From Nemertoderma westbladi (lineage: Eukaryota; Animalia; Xenacoelomorpha), in assembly GCA_032718475.1 (NCBI GenBank), contig JAUCBJ010001071.1, positions 107,494-171,493 on the forward strand: DNA of 64,000 nucleotides, in the 5' to 3' direction. Shown here in pieces: positions 62,996-64,000 of this stretch. Position 1 is the first letter of the stretch; the number at the start of each line of letters is the position of its first letter. The notes under the pieces were generated by a model, which saw nothing but the letters and a program-made list of their open reading frames with translations, had not been told where the DNA came from and did not search any database. Both the position numbers and the translations under genes were made by a program.

Positions 62996-64000
62996 TTGGA
63001 GAGATATGAGATATTAATTTCAAGATAAATTACGCGATTCCTAAATTTGTACACTACCCGGTTTAAAAGTACGCATGTGATGGGATTAGTCCTACAATTA
63101 CGCCAATAAAAGATAAGTTATTTTCGGTAAAATAAACTTATCATTCGAGGTTAAGACCCCTAGATCCCTTCCTATAATAAATGTATAATAACAAACACCT
63201 CGATAAATACAGCTTGCCAACACATTGTTACTATCAATAATAAAAAAAAATCAGGGGCATACTTAACTTGACACAGTGAACCCGATGAAGGAGGATTCTT
63301 GTGTAAGTGCCATATTCAGAGATTTGGTGCTCCTCTATGAGAGCCCAGCATGGAATCCCTTATAAAGTAGGAGCATTGGTTCTACTGCTCCTCTATAATC
63401 GAACCTTAAGTTTCCGACGTATGTATTCCATGCGACTTTCAAATCATGGAAAGCCCATTAATGCTGCCCATGGCTTTCCCTCATGTATTCGAAGGTCAAC
63501 CTTGACCTACTATATAGTACTGTAGGTCAAGGACTCACCTAACCTCCGGATCCATGATCTCAGGTAGGAGAAGTCATCCTCATGCTCAAGCACACGGGTG
63601 CCCTTAGAGCTTATGTTCATACAGCAGACATTTCATGTGAAGAATACCAGACTTTCTACCGTTATATTTCACTTTGCACTTACCCCCATGTGAAGAATAC
63701 AAAAGATCAGTTAGGTACTTGGCACGAATTTCCCCAAATAATGATTTAAGTGTGTCACCCTTACTCAAGGACTCTCGATAAAACTTCAAATGTATCTGTG
63801 TCACCATCAACAGTAGACACAAATGTTGTCTAACCATCGTATACTGATCTGATTGCTGCAATAATTTCCTCAGGAATCCCATATAATGAAAGTATGCTGA
63901 ACATACGTGAGCGAGAGACTGAATCAAAGGCCTTGAAGAAGTCAACAAAGATAACAGCCAGATTTCAGATCAGCTTTTCGTTTTTGATGCTATTCAAATT

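Larger units (their letters stand above)
62438..63258 (+). mobile_element. Retrozyme-like tandem dimer, 412-bp monomer with tRNA-like Pol III boxes and a hammerhead
   Basis: Two near-identical head-to-tail units; hammerheads 412 bp apart. Confidence 0.88.
62235..64000 (-). mobile_element. Degenerate RTE-clade LINE interrupted by the retrozyme array
   Basis: FVDFFKAFDSV near 63920-63950, LEHEDDFSYL near 63560-63590, RLRFAGHCFRR at 62315-62350; collinear with the 46808-47292 copy on both sides of 62403-63258. Confidence 0.82.

Noticed and set aside
38815-63054. Repeated MYKFRNRVI.. ORFs (38815, 62418, 62680)
   Set aside because: Antisense frames of the retrozyme with inconsistent lengths

Overview
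AT-rich, transposon-dense eukaryotic (metazoan, probably marine invertebrate) genomic DNA. Left to right: a Polinton/Maverick pPolB relic (224-1050); a decayed gene with Rep_trans/gpII-like rolling-circle initiator motifs (1386-~9840), split by a 4.5-kb 13-bp minisatellite and a piggyBac-type MITE; an 11.9-kb minus-strand BEL/Pao LTR element with CTCAC TSD, deleted pol and an extra DEDDy exonuclease/Zn-knuckle gene (11369-23301); satellites and MITEs; a second Polinton relic (integrase, GxG protein, capsid; 31300-32584); intron-poor host genes (BCAP/Dof-like, RSL24D1, TPGS2, a small TM protein, HRG1-like); a Transib-like TIR element holding an intact Crypton-type tyrosine recombinase with a long hairpin (50522-58854); RTE LINE relics; and 412-bp tRNA-promoter/hammerhead ribozyme repeats (retrozyme-like). 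A bipartite motif, GTTTATTGTTTTGGTT-N16-19-YRACCTG, recurs in unrelated contexts. All family calls are from motif recognition by eye; no database searches were run.
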